Shown: piece after piece, positions 29,576 to 43,897 of the stretch
Layout of the letters: every line of letters begins with the position of its first letter
Numbering within the stretch: the stretch's first letter is position 1
Assembly: GCF_009914755.1 (NCBI RefSeq)
Contig: NC_060934.1
Length of the DNA: 64,000 nucleotides
Strand: one strand, 5' to 3'
Source: the human T2T-CHM13v2.0 reference genome, Homo sapiens
The notes under the pieces: model-generated
What the model was told of the DNA's origin: nothing
What the model saw: the letters and a program-made list of their open reading frames with translations, nothing else
Database searches by the model: none
Translations under genes and position numbers: made by a program

Positions 29576-31811
29576 CAAACTCATTTTTCTCAATTTACCA
29601 CATGCACATTAGTTGAATTCACACTGTAATATTCTACTGTCATTGTCTGAAGTCTCTCATGATCTCTCACCTTCAAAATAGTAGTAGCTTGACCACTGGT
29701 CTCCCTCTACTCAAAGCTATCCTTATGCAAAACCCTTCTGAAAGCCATCTAATGACAAACATAACCACTCCTGTGGCCTATGTGAAACATCTTAGTGATT
29801 GTCTACTTACAAAATCTAGCATTCAAGCTCCTTGCTGACAAATCCTACATTGTTTTGATTTGCCTCAAACTGCCTATAAGGCCAGTACTCATCTTCCTGT
29901 TTGTATACTCAGTATATACTAGGAACTGACATATACTATTTTATAATGATCAATAGCTAATAATAACCAAGTTGGCATCTGAAACTACATCTGTATAGAT
30001 CCATAACCCATGCTCTTTCTATAACATTACAATGCCCACTGCTGTACACGTGGGGAACAACTTGCTTATTATAGCATCAGTGTTCTTTAGCTTAGCAATC
30101 TCTAACTTGAAAGAGCTGGATGAAAAGGAGTGAAAGGAAATTACATGTTATCATTATTTGCTAATGCACATTGCATACAATCATAAATTGGTATTGTTCT
30201 TTCTTAAGGCAATAGGGAAATGCAATTTCAAGGATGTTTACTTTTTAATGTAAAAGTAATCATACTTAATATAATTAATATCCGTGATATTCATGTTACT
30301 GAAGAAAAAAAAGTATAAAAAACTTGTTTCACATAGAACAGTCTAGGAAAGAAGAGCAATAAAGCCTAAAAATGTGAAGTATATAATAAAAGGGCAAAAT
30401 TATAATAAAACCACCAGTTATCAGAGTTGTTATAAATTAATTAAACTCCTCTTGTATTGATAAAAGAACCTAAACTAATTATATAATCTTGATAACAGAC
30501 TCAATAAAATGAAATTAAGAAGAAAAGCAAAACATTAAAAGAGAGAGAATTGTATACCAGGCAATAACAAATGCAAAGAAAACAGCCTTGGCAATATCAG
30601 TATTACAGAATCCAAGACAAGAGCATGAAATAAGAAAATGAATGTGCTTTATATGACTACCAAATGAATGAATAAATATTTATGGCAATTATTAACATTT
30701 ATGTATCAAATAATTTGACACTAAAATATTTAAAGGAAAACTTATAAATGTAAGGTACAGTTGACAAAATTAGAGTCATGGGGAGAACTTGAATATATCT
30801 TAATATTTAATACAGAAAACAGAAAATATCAATAAGCATAGATGACTTGAATAATATAACACAATGAAAAATAACACCTATAGTGTTTACCATGTGTCAG
30901 GCACTGCTGTATTTATTATATATATCATTATATTTACTAGCTCATTTACTGCTCACAATAAATCTATAGAAAGATATTATTAGATACTACTACAATCTCA
31001 TTTACAGATGAGAGAATTAATTCAAAGAAGTTTTAGTAGCTGGACTAACGTTACATAGTTTGAAATTGATTGAGCCAAATATTGAACATAGGCAAAATGT
31101 TTCCAGAGCTTTAGCTCTTAATCACTTTGCAATGCTCTCTTAATTAATAAGCCAGACTGAAGAGGTATGAATAGGATTTGTGCCTAGATGCCCATTATAC
31201 ATATTCTTTTAAATGTCTGTAATACATTTACACAAATAATCAAAAAATTTCAAAACATGAAAAATATGCAATCTTTTTTGCCTCAAAACAATAAACAAAA
31301 AATACAAGCAAAACTAAAAACATGAAATACATTAAAATATGCCTTGATAAATAAGTGTTGGGGCAAAGAGGAAATTAAAACTGGTATTACAGACACTTTA
31401 CAATGTGAAAGCAACAAAATGTTGGGTTCTAGTCAAAAAAATCCTCAGAAAAAATAAATAAATAAATTTAATATTGGATAAGACAAAATATATGAGAGAA
31501 AGAGAGGTAGGGAGAAATCAGTATAAACAAATAATATCCAATCTCAAAAATAATAAAAATAATATTTATATATATATTAGTGTAGGAACAAAACTACTGA
31601 AAAAATGAATATTTAATAATTTAGAAAATACAACGCAATATCAAGTGAGAAAGAAGAATGTATGTCTATATGCATGATTCCAATTGTAATTTTATAAGTA
31701 AACAATGTATACAGATTTTTAAAAACTGTGACAGGAAAACACTAAATTCACTGTGGTAATATTGTTAATGAAATTATCAGTAATTATAATTTTTTTTTTG
31801 CTTTAAAATAC

Positions 31812-32128
31812 TTTTCTTTCTTTTCTTTTTCTTTTTTTTTTTTTGGGAGACAGTCTCACTCTGTCATCCAGGCTGGAGTGCAGTGGCGCAATCTCGGCTC
31901 ACAGCTACCTCTGCCGCCTGGGCTCAAGCGATTCTCCTGCCTCAGCCTTCTGGGTAGCTTGGACTATAGGCATGCACCACCAAGCCTGGCTAATTATTTT
32001 GCATTTTTAGTAGAGGCAGGGTTTCACCATGTTGGCCAGGCTGGTCTTGAACTCCTGATCTCAAGTGATCCGCCAGCCTCGGCCTCCCAAAGTGCTAGAG
32101 TTATAGGTGTGAGTCACCGTGCCTGGCC
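31812..32128 (-). mobile_element. AluS
   Basis: Reverse Alu with T-rich tail; degenerate TSD taaaatactttt / taaaacacatttt. Confidence 0.93.
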
Positions 32129-32559
32129 TAAAACACATTTTAAATGCTCTATGATGAATATTCTGTCTCATTCAATTTGCATGTAAAGTCATTACTGGTT
32201 GCATAATGCTGGGATCAGCATGGGTACACAACAATGAATGTAACGGAAAACAAAAACTAGAATATGAAGAAAAAATTAAAAAGGAAACCAATAAACTTAA
32301 AAGAACATGTATGCATGCAACAGTATGGATTATTCTGAAACACATGATATTAAAGAAAAGAGACAGAAATGAATTTTTGATTTTGTGTATCCAAAAATAT
32401 ACCAACACTTACAGTGTTAGGAATCAGAAGGTGGTCTCCTGAAGAAATAGGAGGTGGTGAGAAAAGGAATCAACAGAGAACACAGGAGAAATTTCTGGGT
32501 TGATGGAAATGTTTTATGCATAGTTTGGAAGGCAGTGATCAGGCATTTCCAATTTTCAG

Positions 32560-32972
32560 TAGAACGCTTAAGAGATATCTATTCTTCCAGTCCTTGAATC
32601 TAGGCTGGCCTTGTTATTTGCTTTAGCCAACAGAATTATGCTGAAATGATGCTGTGCCGGTTGTGAGTCCAGGCATCAAGAGGCACTTTTCTTTCTCAGA
32701 GCCCTGCTGCTGTCATCTGAACAAGCTCAAATTAATCTTTTAGGCAATGAAAGATCATGGGAAGGAGAGCCTAGTTTTCTCAACCTTCCTAAGAGTGGCC
32801 ATCCTAGACTAAATTGCTCACAGTTGGCTCACAGCTGACCGTAGATGCCTGATTCTTTCAGAGACCAGAACTATGCAGCAGACCAATAGACTAGTAAGCA
32901 GTAATAAATGCTTATTCATTTACGTCATCGAGTTCTAGCCTGGCTTACTGTGCAGCAATCACCAGCAAATAC
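32560..32972 (+). mobile_element. MaLR MLT1-type LTR remnant
   Basis: ccttgaatctaggctggccttg..tgctttagccaacagaat..aataaatgcttatt..gcagcaat motifs typical of older MLT1 subfamilies. Confidence 0.65.
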
Positions 32973-35900
32973 CTATGAGAACAAAATTTACGGTCTTTCA
33001 GTTTTGTCGTAAAGAATAAATGGGCTAAAGGACTTAAAGGAGCATTGAAAACTGAAAAGTACTAAAAATATAAGAATTGATCAGACATATGTCTATTTTA
33101 CAATTTTCCCTGGGCCAAAAAAAGTACTAAGGAAAACAATCATAAAATGTTAGGGCTATATTTGAGATCTACTATTGATCAATAACACATGGATTTTATA
33201 TCTTAGGCAAAATCTCATTGAATAGTGATAGCTTCCTGAGTGCTGAGCTATGAAAGATTGTTCAGTTACATCTACATTCAGGAGAAAAAATGAACTAGTA
33301 ATGCTTGCATTAGGCATAGAATATACAACTTGCTTCTGTTCTGATGTTGTCCAATCTTCTCATTTTGGGATTAGAAACTCAGATTTTGAGAGAGATGATG
33401 TTTTTAAAAAGTCATTCAGAAAATTAGTGGCAGATGCGAGTTTTTAACCAATGTGTTTTGAGTAAACTAATTGAAAGTTTACCGTATCCATGGGTAGTTT
33501 TAAAACATTGAAGTCCAGGCAATGGTTCCTATCTAATACTTTTTGAAAATAATTAATTATTGAATATTAGAAATATTATTGCTAAGAAACTTGAAGTTTT
33601 GTCAAGCAATCAACCAGCTCCCCTATCCCCTCCCACCTCCATGGTTTAAGCCTATTATAGAAAAAAGGATAAGCAGAGATATGAAAGAACAGCTCACCTA
33701 CAACCCCCAAGTAGTGTGTGTTGAGACTATCGTCCATTTCTGAGGACAATTGGTCCAACATTTATCATGATCAATACATTTGTTAACAAGCAGAAGCCCA
33801 TTCTTACCTCTGACAGATTTATTTGTAGAAGATGCTGTGTCACCCCAATGTCCTGGCTGCTGGTCAATTCAAGTTTTCATCCCATAACTAGTGGAGCCCA
33901 AGGCAATCAGTAAAGAGGACTCTTAGAAAATCATTGACTTTGGGCACAGGAGGAAAGCAAGGAGAGGCCTAAAGGAAAATTGAGCCTGAAAAGTCAAACG
34001 GATTTTAGCTGAGCAAGTTTTAAATTTGGAGAGAGATATCAATTTATAGGCAATCTTTGTGGTGTCCTCAAAAAATATGCCACAGAAATTGGCCAAGTTT
34101 GGGTTAAAAAAAAAAAGAAAAAAATCCCTGTGATAGTCAGGCTCTGGGGTGATAGTGATTAACAGAATACATTATGGTATTCAACAAATTGGACCCCAGA
34201 TCATATCATCTCATCTCCTCTGAGTATGAATAACTTTTCACATAAAAGGCAACCAGAGGAAACCATAAACAGGGATTCATCTAAGGTCTCTTCATCTCAG
34301 AGAATAGCAAGATGTCCTACCAGGAGTCCCAATTTGGATGGGAGGAACCCTGAAGTAAAACATTTAAGGATATTATTCTCAGCTGCCTGTTTAATCATAG
34401 GTGAGAAAGATCAGGCCTTCTTGCCTTGTCATATAGTCTTACAGTGGGATAGCCTCATTCATCAAAGTTATAGATTTCAGATATGAAGACATCAAAGACA
34501 ATTTGCAGGCCTCTTGGCAGAAGCCATTCATATATTCCATCTAGTCTGCCAACAGGTAACAGATGTGTCCAGTGTCTAGTCCTGGCACATACTCTTGTTC
34601 TTGCATGGGATCTGGCAGATGTCATGTACTTCTTCAAAGTGATGAAGTGGAAACACTGTTGACTTGAGATCAAACAGACATGGATTTAATTCTAGCTCTG
34701 ACATAAACTATATGACTTTGCTCAAGTATATTAACCTCTTGGAACTTCATCATTTGCACAATGTGAAAAATACTTCATAAGGCTGCTTTGAATGTCAATA
34801 AGTTAATGTAAGTAATGCAAGTCAGCAGTGAATATGCATACAAAAAATCTAACTTATATTGTGTGGTCAATAATGTCAGTGCTCTTCCATCTAAAAGGCC
34901 AAAAAGCATGCCCCTTCCATCATTTCTTTCACTGATTGATAGAATGAAATATATCCAGTATTTAACTAATAACAAAACAGCTGTCTCTATTTCAAACATT
35001 CATACTTTCATTTGAACATGGGAGGTTCTGAATTTTCATCTTTCTGAATCCCTTATTAACTATAAAATCAGTTGAGTGGAGTTTCACCTTAAACTCTGAT
35101 TGGATAAACATCTAGACCTCAATCATGTTATATGTGGCCAGTGTGCTTGTTGTTGTTATAAGTTAGAGTTGTTAATTTATGAAAACACTGAATATGTTTT
35201 GGGACTAAATCAGAAATCATTTTTCAGTATCCAGAGCAGTCAAGTAATAGCATAAAGAGATGGTTTACAGAAATAAAAGAAAGAAAATTGTTTAAATTAG
35301 CTACCTCCTGTATGCTTTTCTAAATAAATACCAAGATTCACCCTATCATATAGTTTCACATTATGATAGTCTCATTCTTCATTTATAGATATTATATATG
35401 AAGATACCAAAAAGAATATGCAGGATCCTCAGTAGAAGCTGTTGGTGTGTTGTTACTCATAGGTACACTATGGTAGAAGAACACCCACGTCCAGCTGAAG
35501 GGCCATTGGGCTAACATCCTGGCACACCCTGGCCCAGGTGCAACCCAGAATCTTTGCATCCCTTCCACCCAGCTTGTCTAATTCCTGTCCCTATCCTTAA
35601 CTCAATAGGAGCCCAGGATATAGCTGCTCCCTTTTGATAACCATGAACCATTGACATTTCTTTCTTCTTAACCTCCCATTGTTGTAATATTTTCAGAGAT
35701 AAGTAAGGGTGATTTTGACCACAAAAATCAGGCTAGATTTAAGATTCATTGATTCCTCTTCATCTTGAAATTTTTGGGGTCTCAATGAGTAAATCAATTA
35801 GCAAATCAATTAGCTGATCTAGATTAATTTACTTTTCTGAGCCTCAGTTTCCCCAAATGTAAAGACAGTGAAAAGACTAAACTCTTTGGTGTTGAACCAG

Positions 35901-38900
35901 TTCTGAGGTCTTTTATGATTCATCACAGCTTCCAGCTGTGGGCAGCTGGGGGCAGGCATAGAAGAGCCATTCTATGATGTTTTCCTCTTGGCATAAGCTA
36001 CTCAGTCACATATTAAGAAATCTCTGCTACCAAATTTTCCAAACCCAGATAGGCTTCCCTTTGGTACCTTAGTACCTCTCTTTCAGTCTCCACTCTGAAA
36101 TTCTGGGTTTTGATCATACTTCTATTTTCACATAGATTGTCGCACATTCTTTTTGCCCAAGCTCTTTACTCCGGGTTGTTACAAGCTGTTCTGAAAGCTC
36201 TGAGTACACTTTTCAGAAACAGCTGTTCTGAGTCAAGGTTGTTTCTGTTCCACAGCAGTGATTTAGCTCAGACTAACTTTTCTCCCCACAATTATGAGCT
36301 CATTGCAGTCATCCTGTGGGACCTGTATCTGGCAGGGGAAAGTCTGTTGGAAGAGCAAGAAGAGGATATGGAACAAGCCTGCAGCCCTGGATGACAGGTC
36401 TCCCCAGAGATCCCTCCCCCAGCTGGAGCCAGCCAAGCCTAGCCTTTCTGCTGACAGTCATTCCTGCTTCCTGCTTCACCCATGTGGCTCCTGACATGCT
36501 GTTTGAAAAGATCTGTAAGGTAGCTGTGTGGCCTCATTTCTGTAAGGATCTCCAGGGAAGCCAGCTTTCTTGGTAACTGCATAATTTATGTCATTCACCT
36601 GCTTAAAGGCTCTCAGAGGCTCCCTATCACTGAAAGAATAATATGTAAACCTTTTAAATGACTCCCAAGGCCAGCTTTCTCAACTGTAAAATGGGGTTCA
36701 AAACACCTAATTTGTGGGGTGGTTCTGAAAAGTAAATAATTAAATATGCCTAGGTTTCTGTGTAGTAAATAGGGTACAAAACAATTATCAGTTTTCTTCC
36801 CCTTCCTGATCTGGTCCTTATCTATGTTATAGGATTATCTCTTATTACTCTCATTCTTCATTTCAGTTATCCAGTCTACTTTCATTCTTCAAGTATTCTT
36901 TAATACTTTTATTCAGATTGTATGTGCCTGTTCATATACAATCTTTCTTGAAACTTATGCTTCCCTTTTCTTTTCAGAAAAAACAGCTCATACCACAGCA
37001 CTCATTTTCACTCTCTTTCAAAGTATAGGTAGTCCCTCTCTTCTTTTCCTCCAGTGTTCCACTGCCCTGATACAGTTCTGTGACCGTGTTTGGTATTTTG
37101 TCATTAATGTAATGATAATAATAGCTATCATTCCTAACATGCTTATTATATACCCAAGACTGCATTTTCCCTTTACAAACATTAGCTTTACTTTTCAAAG
37201 CCAGCCTACAATTGTTGATATTTAGCCTCCAATTTAGATGAGAAAAATGACACTGAAAGGGGATGATGTTGCCCAAATATACAGCCTAGTTTGACATGTG
37301 CCATGTTGACTAGACAGTACTTCTTAAATAACTATATAAGAGACCTGGCCCTCAGCAAATAACTGCTAAGAGATGAATGACTCAGAAAAGTCTCCCCTTT
37401 GATTCTTGATTCTTTTCTCACCAGCATCATGAGCTTCTCTTTTCCTTAAAGGACACATCTGTTCAACCCAGTCGTGTTTCAGTATGTACCATCAAAGAAT
37501 TGCAGAGGAATGCAATAGATCATTCAAATAAAACTTTTGTTTGTATTACAGACATTGAAACAGACTTGGAGTCATTCAAACCTTTCCTGAGGTCAAAAGT
37601 GAAGCAGTGAGGGAACTGGAATTCCAATGACATTCACTTTATTCTCAAGCTGGTGTTCTTTGCACAGCTCTGTTTAGCAGGTTGGGGAAATGACTGGCTG
37701 GTTTTCAAATCTATAAAAGCTGGAGCACAACTAGAGAGGCTTCAAAACCCAACACAAGCATCACTTCCTCCAGGAAGCTGTCTGTTTAGAGCTGATCTAA
37801 GTCAATATGGCCATTTATATTTAGATCTTTGGTAAATATTGGTATCTTCTCCAAACTTAGAAGAAGGTAGAAACTATATGTCAGCTCTTTCCACAAGCTC
37901 AATTGAGTGGTATACAATGAAAGAAAGTATACCACTTGCTTTCAGACCAAATACTGACACCCAAAGTGATGTTTATTATCTAAGCAGGCATATAACAACT
38001 TTACAACCAATTCTTGTAGACTTGTTGAAGTCTTGACTTTCTGTCAAACACAGAGAATGTGTTTGAAAGACTGACCCAAGGCAAATACAACAAATATTTT
38101 GATAGCAAGATCAACCATTATTCTTGTAAGGTTCAGTGGCAGAATCTTTTTTAAGTGGAAGAAAACAAGACCAAATGAAATTCTAGTTCTATAGCACTAG
38201 TGTGAGGGACTCAAGTGCCTGGTTCATCAAATTCTTATTTACCCATTAAACAAAAGTGATGTAAGGACACAATTATTCTAGTCAAATAGCCACGCACATA
38301 TCTTAAACACTGTAAGTTTCACTCATAAAAACATTATTTCTAATCTATATTATGTAGTTAGCAATCCCCTTTGAGCATGTTCTGATACCAGCATTTGAAA
38401 TGCATGCCCTAGAGTGTAAACCTCTCTGTGTAGAGGTAACTCAATATACATAGAACCTAGATTCTTCATTAGAATTATTTGGGTGTTCTTCCAAAGAACC
38501 CCTGATCTTCATAGGGTACAAATTAAATAGATTTATATACACATGCATTACCTTGTCTGTAGACAAATAAATCACAGATGATATACCACCACCTCCTTTG
38601 TGGTCCTGCTGCAAGGTTCATACTTGTTAGAACCTTCAGTGCATGGAGTAATTGTTCAGGTCAGGCATTTGCCTCTGCCACCAAACACTAGTTATTTCCA
38701 TTCTACTAAGCACCCGTTTTGCATGGTGACTGGCATAAAGTTCACATGCAATAAGTGTATGTGATCTTTTAATAAATGACTGGATCAGTTAATAAATTAG
38801 AATAAGCAGATGTTGGAATTATCACTCCCACCTATTGCCTCCACTGTGGTTATTCTGACTAAAGACAAAGCAAAAATGGTGGGGAAGGAACTTTTCTCTG

Positions 38901-40337
38901 TTATAGCATAGCTTGTGACACAGAACTAGATGGGAAAAACTAGAGTCCCATATAAAGTTAGGTTCTACCTGCATCTGACTTTCTCTTCCATCAGGCAAGC
39001 CAATATACCCCTTAGAGGGCTGGTCCTTTAAGGCAGGCTGACCTCACTAGAGAAGGCAGAATCTTTGTGGTCAGCTGTGACTTGCAGCTGAGGTATATGC
39101 TAGGGAAGAAAGAGGGCCTAGGTTAGTAGACAACCTCCCCACTCAAAAACCAACTTTGCGCATTCTCGCTGTTTGCTTTACTTCAAAGGCTGTTTTTATT
39201 GTCACCCAGGCATAGAAACTAGCCTTCAGGGTTTACTGCATGTCCTGACATGAAGCTTCTCACTGTCTAATTTGCATTCTAAATAGGTGCACAATTGATT
39301 CACAAAACCTCTGTGCTGCTTAACAGGACAAATGAATCATTTACTTTCCAAATTGCAGGGAGCTTTGAGGTCAGTCAGCCTGGGAAGCCACAGAGCCTCT
39401 CCCTCAGAGACACAGAGGAATACAAACAAGCAGGCTCCAGCTTTGGGAACCATCTCCATTTGAGTGGTCAGTGCCATCATCCTCTTACAACACTCAGGGG
39501 ATGCAGGGTATTAGCATGCTCAAGCCAGCATATGGTACACATCTTATTAACGTAATCGCAGGACTCCAGCAAGCTGTTTTCCAGATGATTTGGACCCCTG
39601 TGAATATTCATCCCTATTCTCTGCCTCTGCTCATCTCTGGAAGGAATAATGCATACACATTCCTTTTGCCCAGTGGACTCCAAAGAAATCTTTCCAGTGT
39701 TTATAATACCTGTAAAACCCCTCTGTAAATAACACTCAGGCCACACTGAGCAGATTGAAGCCAAGAAGCTCAGTTCTGCCTGACAGCTTTTCCCCAATTG
39801 GTTATTTTTAATGTTAGAAAAGAAGAACGGCTCCTGAACAGAAGATTCACACTAACCTTAACTTAGACATTTTTTATGGCTCTTTAGTGAAAGGCTATTT
39901 TTACATTTTTGAAAGATTAAGTGAATTCAGCTTCTTCATCTAAAAAACTGTTTCTTTTTATGCTGGCCAGTGACAAGTTTAAATTTAAAAACAAAGAATA
40001 AGAATAATGATAAAAGTGGGCCTTAATTAGAAGATGTACGTTGTTTTCTGTTCAGCCAAGACCTCCCTCCCTCACCCCAGTCTCTGTCTCTCCCCTCAAT
40101 CCTTCCAACCATGAATGCCAAGCATTGCAAAAGATTCTTTAGCTAACAGTGACCTGGGAAACATCTGGTCTGGAAATTAAGAAATATATTGGGGATATAT
40201 CTTTAAGATGAAATGAGAGGCTTCATTCAGACTGCAGAAGAATTATTTGTGACTCATTCATAAAAGTGAGAAAGAAGATCAACAAGGATGTTTTAGTACC
40301 CACCAGTAGGGAGAAATGGAAATGCAGAAGAAGCTAA

Positions 40338-40790
40338 TATTTATTAAGTACTTACTTATGGAAATAAACAAAGACCAACCAAATGAGAACAAGCATAGCT
40401 ATTTTATTCAGAGCTTGCAAAAGCAAGGGAGTCAGCCATCTTGCATTTGGCACAGACTCAAAGGGAAAGCAGCAGGGTGGGAAAGCTTTATAATGGAACA
40501 AAGGGAAGGCTTCCTATGTGCCCTGATTGGAAGTTGTTGGCGTGGGGAGGCTGAAGGAGGGCTGACTAGATGTGGGGCATCCTATGTGATTGGTTTGGAA
40601 AACATATTTGGCTTGCTCTGGTTGGTCCTGAGTTGGCAGCAGAGACAAAAATTAGAGAAGCTGGCAATCATTGAGCAAGCCTGTATTCTGGACTGATTGC
40701 TGCAGAGGCTACAATCTGGCTTCCTAGACAGGTTGCTGAAGAGATTGTGGGTCAGGGTTGGTTCTATAGTCATATATTTTGTCCTTTTAT
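40338..40790 (-). mobile_element. ERV solo LTR (LTR55/MER76-like; subfamily uncertain)
   Basis: Minus-strand AATAAA near the left end, CCAAT boxes (plus gattgg twice) and TATA; resembles a recalled LTR consensus. Confidence 0.55.
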
Positions 40791-41344
40791 CATGTTGTCT
40801 CGATTGCTATATACATTTTATATTTGTATATTCATTCCCTTTTTGGATGAATTTTTTTCTTTATTGCATTATATTTGAATGTAGTTATTCATCAAATCAT
40901 AATTAAGACTGATATGCAGACCTAATTCATTACCATAGCACTTACTGGAACTCAACATGTGACTTGTTAATATTCGTTCTAATTTAAGGGCAAACAGAAT
41001 TATTCCATTTCAGATATTGAAAGGTATTTTAAATACTTGAACAAACTGAGATTGCTCTATTTTGCCTTAAATTTATTTTCCTTCAGCTAAATATCCATAG
41101 AAGTTTAATCTAATATGGTTCACAGATTATAATATCAATTTGACTTTTTTCTGTTTGTATGGAATTTCAATGAGAATTTGTGATATATATTTTATTATTG
41201 CCTCTAGAAAATTTTATTTTACAGCAGAGGAGAAAAACATGTTTTGCTTTTTTATCCCCAGGCAAATAGTTTGATATATATACATACATATATAATATAT
41301 ATTAGTTTAATATATATATTATATATTAGTTATAGCTATATATT

Positions 41345-41800
41345 TCAATAGCTTTGGGAGTACAAGTGATTTTTGGTTACATGGATAAGTTCTTTAGTGG
41401 TGATTTCTGATATTTTGGTGCACCCATCACCTGAGCAGTGTACACTGTAAACTGTACCCAATATGCAGTCTTTTATCCCTCACTTTCCTCCAACTCTCCT
41501 CCCCCAAGGAGAGCTCCCAACATCTATTATATCATTCTTATGCCTTTGCATCCTCATAGCTTAGCTCCCACTTATAAATGAGAACATAGAATTTTTGGTT
41601 TTCCATTCCTCAGTTACTTCACTTAGAATAATGGCCTCCAGCACCATCCGATTTGCTGCAAAAGACATTATTTTGTTCCTTTTTGTGGCTGAGTAGTATT
41701 TCATGGTGTATGTATACCACATTTTCTTTATCCACTCATTGGTTGATGGGCACTTTGGTTGGCTCCATATTTTTGCAATTGCAAATGTGCTGCTATAAAC
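41345..41800 (-). mobile_element. 5'-truncated L1PB 3' end with (TA)-rich degenerate tail (41270-41345)
   Basis: ggttacatggataagttctttagtggtgatttctg..ggtgcacccatcacctgagcagtgtacactgta matches the recalled L1PB 3'UTR. Confidence 0.85.
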
Positions 41801-41928
41801 TTATACCAAAAGCCAGGTACTGTAATTTCATTTAATTACCACAGAAATCCTATGGTGGGGGAAAAGACATTGTTTTACTGTCTCAAAAGGTTAAAACCTG
41901 AAACAAGTGGCTCAATATATTGAGCTAG

Positions 41929-42533
41929 TGTTGCAGTCTTGCAAATGCACCTTTATGTAGCAGTTTCTCTTGTGAGGTATCACCCTGAGTCCTTCATCTC
42001 ACCTCCAAGATGACTGAGGAGCACTGACACACGGGTGAGGTTGGAGCAAAACTTTTATAAGCGAAAGGAGAAAGCTCTCTGCAGAAGAGTCTGAGTGGAT
42101 TGCCGGGTCACAGCTGAATGCAAAAAGCTTTTATAAAAAACTGCTCTCCTCCCTGTAATTGTTTGAGGAGTAACTTTTCTTATCAGTAACGCTGTCTGTG
42201 CAACTCCCTTTATCCAGCTGTGGGATGTTTCTAAGTAAGCACAAAGTGCTGCTTCTCTTGTTCATGTAACTGTGGGTTTGTTTTAGGTAAGCCTCCTTCC
42301 TCCCTGTGCAAGTTCCCACGGAGCCCACTGTGTATATGCCTGAAAAGGGGAGGAAACGTTTTCCTGGAGCTAATTATACAAAGAACAAAAATGCTTCTAT
42401 GCCTCACTGGCTCCTTATCAGCCCCTGAGCTTATCTGTGCAGCTGCAGCAGCTGTGATTTTTCAGGCAGGCATTTCCCCCGGGGCCCAGCCTTAACTATT
42501 TACCTAACTGGTTTTTCCCTACCTTCTCCCTCA
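41929..42533 (-). mobile_element. Solo ERV1 LTR, LTR38-like, inserted into a MIR
   Basis: TG...CA termini, perfect 4-bp TSD CTAG (41925-28, 42534-37). MIR-like sequence continues on both sides. Confidence 0.8.
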
Positions 42534-43503
42534 CTAGTGAGTGGCAGGACTAGGTTTTGCATATTAGGAAAGGCTGATTGAGAAGCTCACACTCTTTCCC
42601 ACAAGTCCAGTAAGCCTCATTGGCTCAGGTGGAGATGATGTTTACTCCTGGAGGTCCGTGTTGGGAGCATCTGCAGAGATCACAGAGATTTAGGGTATGG
42701 CCAACTTTTATGTTTCTGTAATGTTCAGTCTAGCCTCGGCTTCAACATGGCTTTTGCTTCCATGAGCTGGAGACGAGGCTCCAAAGTTTACATGGAGATA
42801 TCTGGTTGAAAATTACAATGAATAGCTAGCCAAGTATGGAATGCCTATTCTTGAGGTCATTTTCACAAATAACATGCCATTAAGATCTTTTTTAAATAAT
42901 TGTACTTTTATAAACTGGATTATGCTTTAAATTGCATTAGTAGAAAGAAATATCTTAAAAATAATATCCCTTAAGAAAATTCACAGGAGACTAAAAGATA
43001 CAACCAATTATTTGCCCAGGGGACTAAAAAATACACCCAAAATATATGCAAAAAATTATGCATATGAGCATGTTTGCATTTTTTGCCTGAATAAAATGTT
43101 GACATCTTCATAAGATTCTGAGAATATTTATTTTCTTCCAAAAGAAAAATTCTGAGCATCTGTAATTTAAATAAAACAATAACAAAAGCACTCCTCCATC
43201 TATGGTGAGGTGCAGTCAAAATTGAAAACAGCTGCTCTAAAAGAGAAAATCATCTTTAAAATAGCCATTTAAAATACGGCTAACTGTGTCATGTCTCTGC
43301 CATCTTTGTTTGTATAGAACGTTGCAAGTAGAGTCATCTCCAAGATACCCAGGAGGTATCAGCCATACACTGTTGCAGACACCGCTGACAAGGAACGAGC
43401 TTCTTTCTGCTTTGGTCCTAGATACGTGGAAGAGTTTTCAGCTTCCTAGTTTGCATTAAATTTCCAGAATACATCATGGTAAGAAGGGAACTTGGAATTC
43501 TAG

Positions 43504-43897
<394 letters not shown>

